DNA of 64,000 nucleotides from Strigamia acuminata (Eukaryota): positions 14,446,001-14,510,000 of the forward strand of contig OX442314.1 in NCBI GenBank assembly GCA_949358305.1. Reading direction: 5' to 3'. Of the stretch, positions 1-34,671 are shown one piece after another; the first letter of the stretch is position 1; each line of letters opens with the position of its first letter. The position numbers were made by a program, and so were the translations under genes. The notes under the pieces are model-generated. The model was not told where the DNA came from. It searched no databases and worked only from the letters and a program-made list of their open reading frames with translations.

Positions 1-375
1 GTGATTGATGAAACCATACAACAATCTCTCAGGGTGAATATGGAACCAACACAATTCTTTTTCTAAGTAATTCATTTTTTTGTTGTTGTTTTACCTTAAA
101 AAAAATGTCAATTCTCCCCAAACATGCAAACAAACACACACACATATACACACATACAAACAATAATGTCATAAACTTGTTACACACTCGCACATGTTTG
201 ATAATATGGATTAGTATTATTATTATTACATTGTTGTAAATTTCCAGCCAAATGCGACGTTTACTTAAATTTTGTAAGCCGAAATCAATCAATCAATCAA
301 TTCGCAGATACGAAAAGACGTTTTCCATGCAACACTTTCAAATTATTTCTGTATGCGTGTGTGTGTCTGATGGCG

Positions 376-13344
<12,969 letters not shown>

Positions 13345-14038
13345 TCATTGGCATGCATTGCTACTTTTCATGGGTGTAGATGATGAGTCGACCACCACGA
13401 ACTGTGTCCGATTAGATAAGCGTGTGCGATGCTTATTTCTCGCAATGATGCACCCATTATTCGATAGGTTCCCCAGTAAAAGAAGCCCTACCTCGACCGC
13501 ACTCATCAGACACAACGATGCGCCGCCATTTTTGGTACTTTGACCTTCAACCAAAACAGGGTGTGACGAACGTTTTGATTGGCCAACCGCATTCTCTCAC
13601 CGGAGAGGTGAAAATTCAATTGTAAACACACATTTTTTGAATTTCTTTTTTAATAATAGCGAATATTTTTTCCTGTTTGAAAAAATCGGTTTTTAATTCC
13701 TAAACACACTTCGAAATATTCCGTTAACTTTACTCTGACCCAAAAAGTGCTGTTTTTCTCGTATTTTTCTACGATAGATCGGAGTAATGACGTCAGTTAT
13801 CATAACGATTCTATACAAATAAAGATAATGTATGAAGTCATTGAGTAAAACCTCGGAGACTAAACACCGCAATTCCCAATCAAATGAAACCACTCACGTG
13901 CAATGCGAGAGTTCATCACTATACAAACTAGTTTTCAACATGGCTGCAGTGGGTTGAGGTGAAATGTAATTATTCACCGAATGCGATAGTGATTAGTGCA
14001 AGGTTGTGTTTTGTGATGGTCTAAAATGAGTTTGCTAA

Positions 14039-23217
<9,179 letters not shown>

Positions 23218-25106
23218 AGGGCGTTTAGAACACTGTGGCAATGTCCTAGTCAGGTAAAACTGTTGTACTTAGATTCACTATTGAGACAATAGGTAACATA
23301 GTTCATCAGATGATCAAATTAGTTTAAGAGGAGAGATAATTATCAGTTTTTTTTAATCATGTGATAAAATGAATCAGGTGATTTTATTGTGTGGGTGTTG
23401 ATGTGCGAATATACGAACAATGTAAATATTAGATACATCTTGGAAGAGTTTTTAATACAATATTTCTATAATTTAGATCGAGTTTTATTTGAAAAATTAG
23501 ATTTTGTTTTGTTTTTTTCTTTTTAATTAACAAAAATAAAAAAAAAATGTACCAATTTTCTCATCCGACACAAAAAAAAATAAAAAACGCTTCTTAAATT
23601 TTTAAAAAAAAACAAAATGAACTACTGTATAATTAATTAATTAATTAATCATGTTGAGTTGTTGGAAGATCGTTTAAATTGATATATAAATATATATATA
23701 TACATAGATATATATATAATAAAATTTGTTTTGAAGTAATCACAAGTTGCCTTAAGGTTTTTATCAGTATAAATGAAATCGAATTTTAAAGGTGCTAAAT
23801 TTTGCAACTGTATGAAGGTGGAAAATGCACAAGTTATGAGTAAATTATTATTTTCTTCTTCTTTACTTTGCAATGGTGTAAAATTTCTGTGATTTTTTAA
23901 CTTATTTTGGACCCTTATCCCCTACAATTTCATCATTCATGTTAAAAAAGCATCGTTTTGTTTACGATATTTATGTAATTGATTTCACAATTGTTCCACG
24001 TGTGCTTTGTATAAAAAAAAATAATAATTAAATTTTGATTTTAAATATTAATGTGTACGACTGTTACACTAGTGATCTCGACATTTGATATCAGATTCTT
24101 TTTAAGATTTATTTAAAGCATTAATATCATTTACGTCATACACTTTTCGTCTTTTTATTTTATTACAACTTTTAACTAAAAATGTCAGCTGCAAATACAT
24201 ATATTTTTATAAAAGCTTATTTTTTTAGTTTGCCCATTTATTTATCAGCAAACGAAATATTTTTAAATGCAAAAATTGACCTCTATTTCGAACATTGAAG
24301 CAAAAAGAATTTCTGCAGCGTACATTTAAATTGTAAAACAATCCGACAAACTACTATAAAACATTTATAAAACCTGATACTTAACTTATATTACAGTATG
24401 CTGTGACAGCACAAACATCCAATATAAAGAGAAACCTGCATCTATCGTTATAGTGCCTTAAAATGAAAAATAAAACAAAAACAAAAAAAAAATCCAAATC
24501 CACAACTTGATATTTTTATTGATATTATAATTAACACTTTGGTAACTAACGTGCAGGAAGGTTTTTATATATATCAATCCATTCTTGTACAACAGCAATT
24601 CAGTCTACACAAATGCCCAGGTTTATTCTTGTTTTACAGACACAAATCTAAGAAAAAATGTCTTCGCAGGTATTATGTATATACAAATAAACATTTTTCC
24701 TCGTGTCTTTTTAAACCCATCGTATTCATTAATTATTTTTTTGTAATTTTTATTTTTTTTTTTGTAAATAAGCAATAGGAAAATTTTTACTCAACTTTAG
24801 ACATACAACCCCTTCAAGCCTAATGCTCTCAACTAAATGCAGTTTCATATTCCGGAGCAAGAGAGCAGATTAATTTGTGTATAATTACAATTAACTCCAG
24901 AAACCACACATATGATATTATAATTATTAATTATTATTAAAAAAACAAAAGAAAAAAAAATAAGAATGGTTACCTAATTTTTTTTATAAACATTTTAAAA
25001 ATGTAGCACTTGATTGTGTTTATAATAGTCCTACGAATTTCGTATTTAACTAACGCTCATATAACGTGAATGTCGTTACTTTCAAATACGCCACACAAAA
25101 AATATG

Positions 25107-26521
25107 CTACCAACTGCTAGCATGTCCATTTTCCTGTTCAAAAACAAAACAAACACACGGTTAATTACGTAATTTAACTCTTAATTACTATTAACTTACA
25201 TTGTCAATTGACTTCGGTCGTATTTTTTCAAAAACTGACTCAATGAAACTTCTCCTATACAGAAAACAATAAAAATTAATAAAAAAAATGAATTCTTTTT
25301 TAACTCAATTTAGAAATATGTACTTGGCACTTAATCCACCCCCAGGAGGAAGATTCGGTATTTCTTCTTCAGACAAAATCTGCATTACATGAAGCAATTC
25401 AACTTGATCTCCTTGTTCCAAAATTTCTAGTTGATAGAAAAAGAAAACAACAAATCAAATTTTATTTTTTTTTTTTTAAATAAATAAATAAATAAACTAC
25501 CAGTGATTTTCTTTTCCAAATAATTTTCTAACTCTCTCTCTTTTCTAACCGCCTCTTCCGAAACCTTCGGTGCTCCAGGAAAGGTGACTAGGACAATACT
25601 CATGTTATCTCTGCTCCCCTATTGAAAAAGTAATGAATTAGTAAATATTTTCACTGCGCAAATGAATAATACCTTATAAAGACAAGTATCTACGACTTCG
25701 TTACATATGGTGGTCAAGTTGTCACTAACAAAAAGTCTGGACCTAACAAAATCACACAATTCGTCATTGGACATGACATCCCAGACACCATCGCAAGCCA
25801 AAATAAGAAACTCATCCATCTCGTTATCCCTCTTTTCGACAAAAATTTCCGGCTCGGGGGAGACTAACTGTTCACAAGGTCCTTTGCCTTCTACTTGTTT
25901 GTACTCAAAATCACCCAAAGCGCGCGAAACGGCCAGAGATCCGTTGACACGTTGTATCATCACGCTCCCACCCGCATTCTGTATGCGTTCTTTTTCCACT
26001 GGATTTATAGGCTTATGATCTAAGGTGCTAAACATGACTTTTTTCTCTCTCGACAACACTGCCCTCGAATCCCCGCAGTTGGCAATGAATATGTGATGCG
26101 AAGAAATCAAACAACAGACGGCCGTCGAACCACTCTTGTCTTCTCCGCTGATCAGCGAGCGCATTTTCTCGTCCAGGCGTAAAAATCCATCACGAATGCC
26201 CGTTTTCACATTGTCCACGTTCGTCTGTCCGTTGCTCGACAGGTCGCAGCTGTTGGCGTTCTTGCAAAATTCCTCACTTTGTGTAATCGAGTCGAGAAGG
26301 TTCTCGGCACAGTGGGCCGAAACGCGAGCGCCAGCGTGTCCATCAAACACCGCAAAAAAAGACCAGTCTTCGAGTCCTTGAGGTAAACCAAGCACGGCAC
26401 AGTGGGCGTCCTCCATTTCGATACGCCATCCTTGCATACTGCTAAGTGAGTACCTGAGTCCATTGCCCGATCCGTTTTCATTGTACTTGTCGGTCTTCGG
26501 CTTGTCCAAAAACGCTCCCAT
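25107..26521 (-). CDS. PPM1A/B: Protein phosphatase 1A/1B (PP2C alpha/beta; alphabet-like)
   Basis: [11 protein letters not shown]-terminus, [44 protein letters not shown]. Exons 26521-25673, 25618-25501, 25426-25324, 25254-25200, 25133-25107 (ends ..ASSW-TAG). Confidence 0.96.
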
Positions 26522-27629
26522 TTTTTCCAATTTTTCTTCTTCGTGCAAATTACCTCAACCTTCACGTGGCAACAAAAAAATAGACAAAAGTAAAAACGTT
26601 ACTCAATTTTTTAAATCTCCTTTTCGCACCAATTAGCCAATAAAAGCTTCTAGTAATCTTAAAAACTGCCACCAAGATTACTCACTCGTCTTTTTAAGAG
26701 GGTTAAAGTACACACAATATTATCTTTTATTTTGGTGAACCCTCAATTTCAAAGATTAGCGCACAATTTTAAGAAATTCACCATTTGTGCCACTTTAAAG
26801 CCAACATTTTTTTCGTTTTACACCTCAATTTTTGATAATTTGATTAAACCCCCGCTCGAATTTTATACTTACATAATTTTTTTTTTTTTTAATATTCTAT
26901 TTCCGCCCTTCACAACTATCGGTAAATTCAACGGGTGTGATAAATTGAAGAAAAATTGTGTTTGTAGAGGAATACAGAAGGGAATTACAATTTTTTCTCA
27001 ACTCATTCTTTTACCTACCAAAGTTCAAATTGTGAAAAGCCGCCAATGAACTTTTTGTGGAGATGCAAACCGAGGCCGTGTTAGAATAAGACATGTCGGA
27101 ACAATGGTAATGTGTGCGATATCAATCGGATTGTAACCATTTAAATTGAGTTAAATATCAGCCATAAAACAGGTTTGTTTCCGTAAAAAAATCGTAAATA
27201 CACAACGACGGTACAATGGCGGACATTTTATCAACGCAGGCGCAGTTTGCCAATTACGCACACTGTGACCACCAAAAATAGCTTTCGACGGATGATGTCA
27301 TTGGTGACCAATCGCGTGCCAGCTAGCTTGTAAAATTGAGGAAAAGTCGAGAAAAGTAAATTTCACATAACCTTAGGCAATGCGAGCATTTGAGGTTTTC
27401 AACTGAACTGCGTTTTATGGCATTTTAGATTGATTTTCTAATTTATTCTTCAGTTAGTCGAGTAAAATGTTGGCCGATAGTACTACCTGGCGGCCGATTT
27501 TGAAACTACCAACCCACAACTCCCCCAATCACAATTAATAAAATAAAAATCTAAATAATTGCATACACAAATCAATTTATAGAAAACAAAATTGTTTATT
27601 ACATGCTACATAATTTTAATTTCACACAT

Positions 27630-27995
27630 TTAGTTAACATCGGTCTTATTACGAGTAAAAAACATTTTCATTTGTTCTAAACGACTGGCATAGATCTGTT
27701 CGATTTCCTTCAATCCGTCGTTGGAAATGATTTTCCTGCATTCGTCCGCAGAAAGTCCACTGGCTGATGACTCGAACCTTCTCTTGTATTTGTCCCCGTA
27801 GTAATTTGAAGCGATGCGATTCAAACTGGCGTATATTTTCTCGCACTCGTGTTCGTTTACGACAGACGTTTCACCTTGTCGAAAACCCTGAGCAATTTTC
27901 ACTCGAATATGTTCACCAAGATCACGTCCAGTTTTTGTGGGGTCAAGAGGCCATTTATCTAGTAATCGGAGAAATTTTCTGTAAGCGTTCGACAT
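27630..27995 (-). CDS. UQCC2: Ubiquinol-cytochrome c reductase complex assembly factor 2, single exon
   Basis: MSNAYRKFLRLLDKWPLDPTKTGRDLGEHIR matches the UQCC2 N-terminal pattern (YRxFLxLxxxWPxDxTKxGRDLG); 121 aa ORF from ATG at 27995. Confidence 0.88.
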   Translation of the reverse strand: MSNAYRKFLRLLDKWPLDPTKTGRDLGEHIRVKIAQGFRQGETSVVNEHECEKIYASLNRIASNYYGDKYKRRFESSASGLSADECRKIISNDGLKEIEQIYASRLEQMKMFFTRNKTDVN

Positions 27996-29020
27996 TATAA
28001 AGCAATGCAAAAATAATTAGTCCTCAGAAACAGCCAGGAAGATGTTGAGTTGAAGCTGCGCTAGCGGCTAGCGCCATCTGTTGTTGTCCTGCAGAAAACT
28101 CGCAATACGGTTACACATTTTGCTGGTTTGGGTACACGTACGATCAAAACGACATGCTTTTTCAATAAAAATTAATAAATTAATGTTTCATTCAAAATCG
28201 TAAATTGAAAAGGTAGATTTAAACTAAAAATATTCTTTCGACACAAATGGAAAGCTGTTGTAAATGTACGTACAACCGATTTGGCTGTTAAGTTGGGTGA
28301 CAAAAAGAAGCAGAAACGTCGCAGCTTCGCTCCGCTTGGGGGAATAGGGACCAGCAGCACATCACCATTTAGTTAATGGAAATAAGTTGTGCAGTGAAGC
28401 AGAATTTACGCACAGCCAAACGTTTTTCTCTTTTGGTGCTTTTTTCAGTTCAATTTTCAATTGACTATGGAAATAGTTGTTAATTTATATTCGATGCGAT
28501 GTAAATGGACGCTTAATATTATTTCCATTCTATTCAATGCGTGATTCAATGTAAATAAAAACTTTCGTTCATTAAATCTAACCATTAACTTAATTTTATT
28601 GATTATTATATGACCTTTTCAACCAGGTGAGTGACTGCTGGTCAACGACCTCAACAGATTAGTATTAAACACACCTGCTCAATATTTAGTAGTTTTTATT
28701 CATGTAAATTTTATCCACATACAAATCTATTTTTTAAAAATCTTATTGAATAACATTAAGCCAATCAAAAACAAAATTCTAAAGTTTGATTAAATAAATC
28801 GAAGATTTCTATAATCGCCAGGTGTGTCTTTATTTGCTTTTATTTTTCTTCAAAGAGTTCTATTCGCCGAGCAAACCGACCAGTCAGCCACCAACAGCCG
28901 ACCGAGATCGATCGTATATATCGTATATACCGCGCGGAATCTCGGCCACATCTCGAAATGCGCGTGACTGCAGTGCAGCAGAGCCGACCCGACTCGAGCC
29001 AAAGCACGATGAGGGAAAAA

Positions 29021-32000
29021 ATGGCTGACTGCTGGAAAGTCGAGGCCCCGTTGGCGAAATTCGAGACCGAGGAATGGGTTGATTTCAACGATTTCCAGAG
29101 TTCCGAAGACGTAGAAAATTCTAACAAGGACTCAAAGAAACCTGCAGAGTACAACGACAATTCATTTGCGGACAATTTCAGCGAAACGTTTTCCGGTTCT
29201 CTGGAGGATCTTGTGAACACCTTCGACGAGAAAATCACCAAGTGTTTTTGCAATTACGATGAAAAGGTGGAAAAATTCGCCCCAGTTCAAGTGAGAACGC
29301 AGGAAGAAATCATGAATGAATGCCAGTGAGTACTCGTCTTCCTTATTTTCCATTTTTCTTACGTAATTTGAAGGCGGTAGATGTTTTTTTCAGTGACGCC
29401 CAACGTCGCATTTGCACAATTTCAACTCGAAATTAAAGGGTTGGGATGAGAGAACAGTTCTAACGGTATTTAAAAATAATAGAACTAGAAAACATGTACA
29501 CAAAGTCATTAATTGAATAAAAACACGTTGCCTGTCATAAAAACTTGTTCATCTTGTATTCAAAACGTCAGCTGTTCCAGGAAATGGTTATTAAGATTAA
29601 AGTGAGGGACTTGTGAGTAAAATAAATTTAGGAGTAAAAATTAGAATTTAATTCTGCATTAGTGTATTGAGGATGACCTAAATGGAGGGGAAACACATTT
29701 GGGCTGTAACCTAGATCGATGCGAGAGTTTCCAAGTGGTTTTCTTGGTATAGTCGTTTCACATTGCCCACTTGCTGGCACGGAAACATGGCGCAGGATAG
29801 GTAGAAACTCTTGTTTGTGGAATATACATTTTAACGCAGTGCTGGGTTGCCAAAACCGCCTTGGCCTTGTGTATGGGATCAATATGAAGGAAAAATCTAA
29901 ATTTAAAAAAAAATCAACCTTGGAACCTTGACAAAAAATGATGATTTATTTAATTGGGGTTTCCTAGTTACATGTTGTGAGTTACTGTTACGAGCTGGCG
30001 GTCAATATTTGACTTTTTATGTTTTATATTTTGCAGTTTTTGTCATAAAAAGTCCTTTATGTGTTTGATTGACGTATATTCCTGCAAGGATAATGAGTTT
30101 GCTTGTTTTCAAGATTAAAGGAATATTATATTATGTTTACCAAACTAATTTGATTAAATTTCGTGTAACTAAGCGACAACTTTGTTTCTGCATTTAAATT
30201 TAAGCAGTTGGGATGGTTAATATCGCATATTTTAACTCCAACTTGTTAATTATATAGCCTTGAGAAGACAATCTTCTCATGTTTATGTAAATCCCATAAA
30301 TATATTGAGTCACCAAGCTGTAACTGGCCCCATTTATCCGCCGGTTTGTGAGAAATATGGCGCCAGACTGGTGGATGAAAAGTAATTGGCACTCTGATCC
30401 GATCCCTTTGAGATTCAGTGCAGCTTCTGTCTAATAAGATGAATATTGTGTCGCGTTCATGATCCAGTGATTCATGGATTGCTTGTTTTTGTGACAAAGA
30501 GAAGTTGAAAAAAAAAATGAAAAATTTGTGACGAGTATAAAAATAAAGAACGAATAATTGCGTGTTTGGTGTAAATAGATTCATTGAACTCGGATCCAAA
30601 GTGGGAATCCAAATTAGCCACAAAATGCGTAATAAAAACAAGTAAAAAAGACGCAGGACGAGTTTGTTGTCAGCAATCAATATTCGAGCAGATCATGTCT
30701 TCGCCCTCTTGCAAAATCAATTGTGTGGAAGAAAGTAACTGCGTTGTTTTTGATGAGTCTATTAAGAATAAAAAAATAAATATAAAAAAGCAGTTTTAGT
30801 CGTTAATCGGATATAAATTTATAACTGATCGATGGAGGAGAAAATGAAGGTTAGAGAAATGTCAACCATTGATCCATGCAATTTTTTTAATGCAGGTTTG
30901 TACCTTTGAATTGTTACGATCGTTATTATTACTAATGTCGTATGATTAATGAATATGTGGCGTTTTATTGTGCAGACAAACTGGAGCCAAAAAGGGTTTT
31001 TCCTTTTACTCCCAATATGCCGTTTTTATTTGACCGAAGTTTGAGGTTGTCATGGGAACTAACTGCAAACTTGTGTTGTCAAGGCGTCCATATTGGATTT
31101 TAATTGAGAACAGCGGTCCAAGGTTATGAAAGTTCATTTAATATGAATGAAAAAACGAAAAAAATCCCATAAAATGCATCAAATTTTAATTTTTTATGTG
31201 TAGATTATGTGGTTTTGAGTCTCTGATGATTGAAATTCTTTTTTGTATTGCTAAGAATGGTGGTTTTGCGGGATTTGTCCCGGTTTCCCGATGGGATGAC
31301 TCGGGACAGCGAAATGTCCCGGTTTTAGTAAAATTTTGTCAAAATTTTTCGAAAAAAAATGAGGAAATTACATTTTAGAAAAAATTGCCACAATATTGTA
31401 ACTTTTATGAATTTTTTTTTAATTTTTAATTTTTTTGTTTAATTTTTATAATGTTTAATTTTTTTTAAATAAAATTTTCAGATTTTAAAATTTTTTTAGA
31501 AGAAAGTTTTGAAAAATAATTTTTTTTCGTGTGTCCCCGTTTGTTTTCCCAAAAATCTGGTCGCCCAAGGTTGTGTCTGTCTTTCTAATTTCCCGTTTGA
31601 GGACAAAAAAGGTTCAGTAGATAATAATAAAAAAAATAGGATGGAGGTTATAGCTTAATACTAATGATACCAATAGTTATATCTACCCTTAATTAGATTA
31701 GGTTCATTAGAGGGGAAAGAACGGCCAGTAAATTGGTGTTTATTTTAGCAGCATTTGTTATTTATTAATTAAAACTAAAATTGGAATTTTATTTTTGTTT
31801 GAGGAAATTGCGTTTGTGTAAAATGCGCATCTGTCTATCGTTTAAATGCAGATAACAAGGTGCGTATGTTCTAGCGAATGGCAATAATTTATAATTAATT
31901 AATGGGTGGGTGGTGTTGGTTACATATGGTTTGAAGTTGTTAATTAATTAAAGCAGGGAGGTTTCAATATTTCAAATTAAATTTATAAAATATGTGATTT

Positions 32001-33186
32001 TATCTTTTCAGAATGTGGTGGACCATAACCGGCAATTTTGGTAACATATTACCTATAGATTGGTCAAAATCGTATGCAAGAAAACTCCATATGCCGACAC
32101 TTAATTTAAATGACAAAAGGGTAAAAATTAAAATATATTTTTTATTTTTATTATTTTTAACCTTTGACATTTGACATTTTTAGGAAAGAGATTCGAGCGA
32201 GGATTTAGATTATGACGACGAAGACGACGATGTGGCTAAAGATTTAGATCTGCACTCTCTGATTATCTCCAGTTTGCAGCAAGAACCGATGTTCACTGCG
32301 GAGGAAGTACTGGAAGAGATCGACGAGATAATGCAGGTTAGTTAATTGCTTGGAAAGAGAGTACGGGTTATAAACTTTAATACAAATGTTCTCTTTTATT
32401 TTGCGCAGCAACAGGATACGCCGTCTACTGAGGACGGGCACGATTCCGATTGTTCGCCGACACTATCAACCGATCCGTTGGAACTCAAGGGCAAAGCGGC
32501 CATATCGTCGCCTGTGTATGAAGAAAGTGAGTGTTTGTTTGAGTTTTGGATTTCAAGAAGTTTTTGAGAAATAATTTTTTTTTTTTTTTTTTTTTAAATA
32601 GAATTGAAGACATTATCACTAGTGCAGCTGAATGAATTATACGTTGAATTGGAAAGCATGATCAAAGATTATTCCGAAACTTTAATCCAAGAATTAGCTT
32701 TAAGAGACGAGTTGGAGTATGAGAAGGAACTGAAGAATACATTCATTTCTTTGCTGCTCAGTGTACAAAATAAAAGACGCCAGTACAATTTGGAAAAGAA
32801 GCGTAAAGGGAGAGTTTCGGGACCGAATGGGACGGAACCCAAAGTGAGAAAATTATCGATTTTTTTTTTAAAAAATTATTTTAATTTTTTTTATTTTTAT
32901 ATTTCTAGTATTTGACAACTGTTATTCCTTATCACACTGGACTGGGACCACCTTCTAATCCAACGTTACAAGTATTAATTAAAAGTAAATAAAAAAAGGA
33001 GAATTCGGTAATAAATTGTAAAATTAAATTGTTTTTTATTATCAGTTTTGCAGGCTATTAATGATGATAGTCCTACAGTTCCAACATTGTTGACAGATTA
33101 CATTTTGAAAGGTAAAATTGTAAGTTTAAATTAATATATTGGTTTTGTAATGTTTTTTTGGTGCTCAAGTTTTATGTCCGACATGA
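29021..33186 (+). CDS. Unc-76: Fasciculation and elongation protein zeta / Unc-76 kinesin adaptor
   Basis: EAPLAKF, SLEDLVNTFDEKITKCF, WWTITGNFGNILPIDWSKS, LALRDELEYEKELKNTFISLLL, C-terminus LLTDYILKVLCPT*. Exons 29021-29325, 32012-32120, 32184-32336, 32409-32526, 32602-32843, 32909-32984, 33046-33111, 33170-33186. In-frame upstream ATGs at 28958 and 29009 make the start uncertain. Confidence 0.93.
31268..31567. mobile_element. Possible decayed non-autonomous DNA transposon (MITE-like) remnant in the FEZ intron
   Basis: Clustered TGTCCCG/CGGGA subterminal-type repeats at 31270-31325 and ~31532, an AT-rich middle, and a right end ATCTGGTCGCCC resembling TGGTCACCC-type termini. No clean left TIR or TSD. 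Confidence 0.3.
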
Positions 33187-34671
33187 AGACAGAGAAAAGA
33201 AACGAAAAGAAGTTACTTTTTTTGAATAACTGCTCCGTATTTCATCATTGTCCTTGCCTCTGATAATGTGTATCAAATCCATGTTCATCGCATTTCTCTT
33301 TCAGAAAATTAATATATTTAGTGCCATTGATTTCACATTTAAACGCCTCAGGTGCCATGCTTTAGCCGAATCGTACTAGTGTGACAATTTCTATTCGTTG
33401 TGAATTCCAACATTCAGTTTGTTACACATTGAATTAGCTCATAGCAAGGTTGATCTTTAGGAGCCAGTAAGAAAGAAAAATATTTAAAAAAATATATAAT
33501 AGCTTAGTAAACATGAGGATTTGCCGAGGCGGTTTTCAGATAGAGGAATTTATTGTCAAGAAATGACAAGATTTCGATTTAATGCAGTATTATTTAAGTA
33601 ACGGTGAACTGCCTAACACAAAAAGATTTTAAAAAATTTAATTTACTGTTGCGAGACTCAAAAATGTTAAGTTTTATTTGAGAAGAAAATACGGGGCTGC
33701 TTTAATCTATTTCATGTTCCTGCTCAAGTGCAATATTTGTGGTTGTTGAGCAGTCACCGGGATTTAACACAAATTATGTTTTATTATAAATATAATGAGA
33801 TTATTAGTCATGTTGCTCTCTGTAGTGTATAATTCAATGATCCAATGTATATCTGATCAAAGAACAACGATCGAAGACACTTTTTTGTTACCATTTTATT
33901 TTTATTTTTCATGTAAATTATTTCAGCTTTTTGTTACTGTTCTAATAGTGTTTGGACTGTAATTCTGTTGTGATTGTAAAAAAAAAATTGTGCAGGTTGT
34001 AACATTTTACAAAAACCACTGAATATTGGTGCTGTGATTACCTTAATTATACTCATTTGTACAAATTAGTTTGTTCATATGTAAAATGCTAGCTTTTAAA
34101 ATTAATTTTAAATCATTTCAAATCAGGGATTTACCGTTACAATTTTTTTTTCTTTTTCATACTGTAATGTACCCGCACACTGCAAGAAGTTATCGAGGCA
34201 TCTTTTTGCAATTCTGCAGCTTTTAATGCATGTGGTAAGCAACCAAACAAAAAAAAATAAACGAGGTACATTTTGATTACTTTATTATAATAATAATAAC
34301 CACCTTGTGGAGTCAAATTACAGAATTGCAAAATAAAAGAAAATAAAAACTCACGTAATGATGTTAGGCATAGTTGAAATATAGGGAAATATTTTTAAGA
34401 GTATGAATCAGCAAATGCTTTTTATGAATACTACAAGATGGAAAATATCAAAAAACCAACTTTCTCTGAAAACACTGATTATAGTGATAAAATTTATATC
34501 AGCAAGTGACATTACACTAAACTATGACACTCATATTTTTTTCGAAAAGTGGTTATTCAGTAGATTGTGTAATGGCACCACATCAAACTAAAAATGAAGT
34601 GGATATAGAATTTAACCCTTTTATTGGATACGAAGATTATGAAACACTGCGAAAAGCGACTGATTCAAGTC

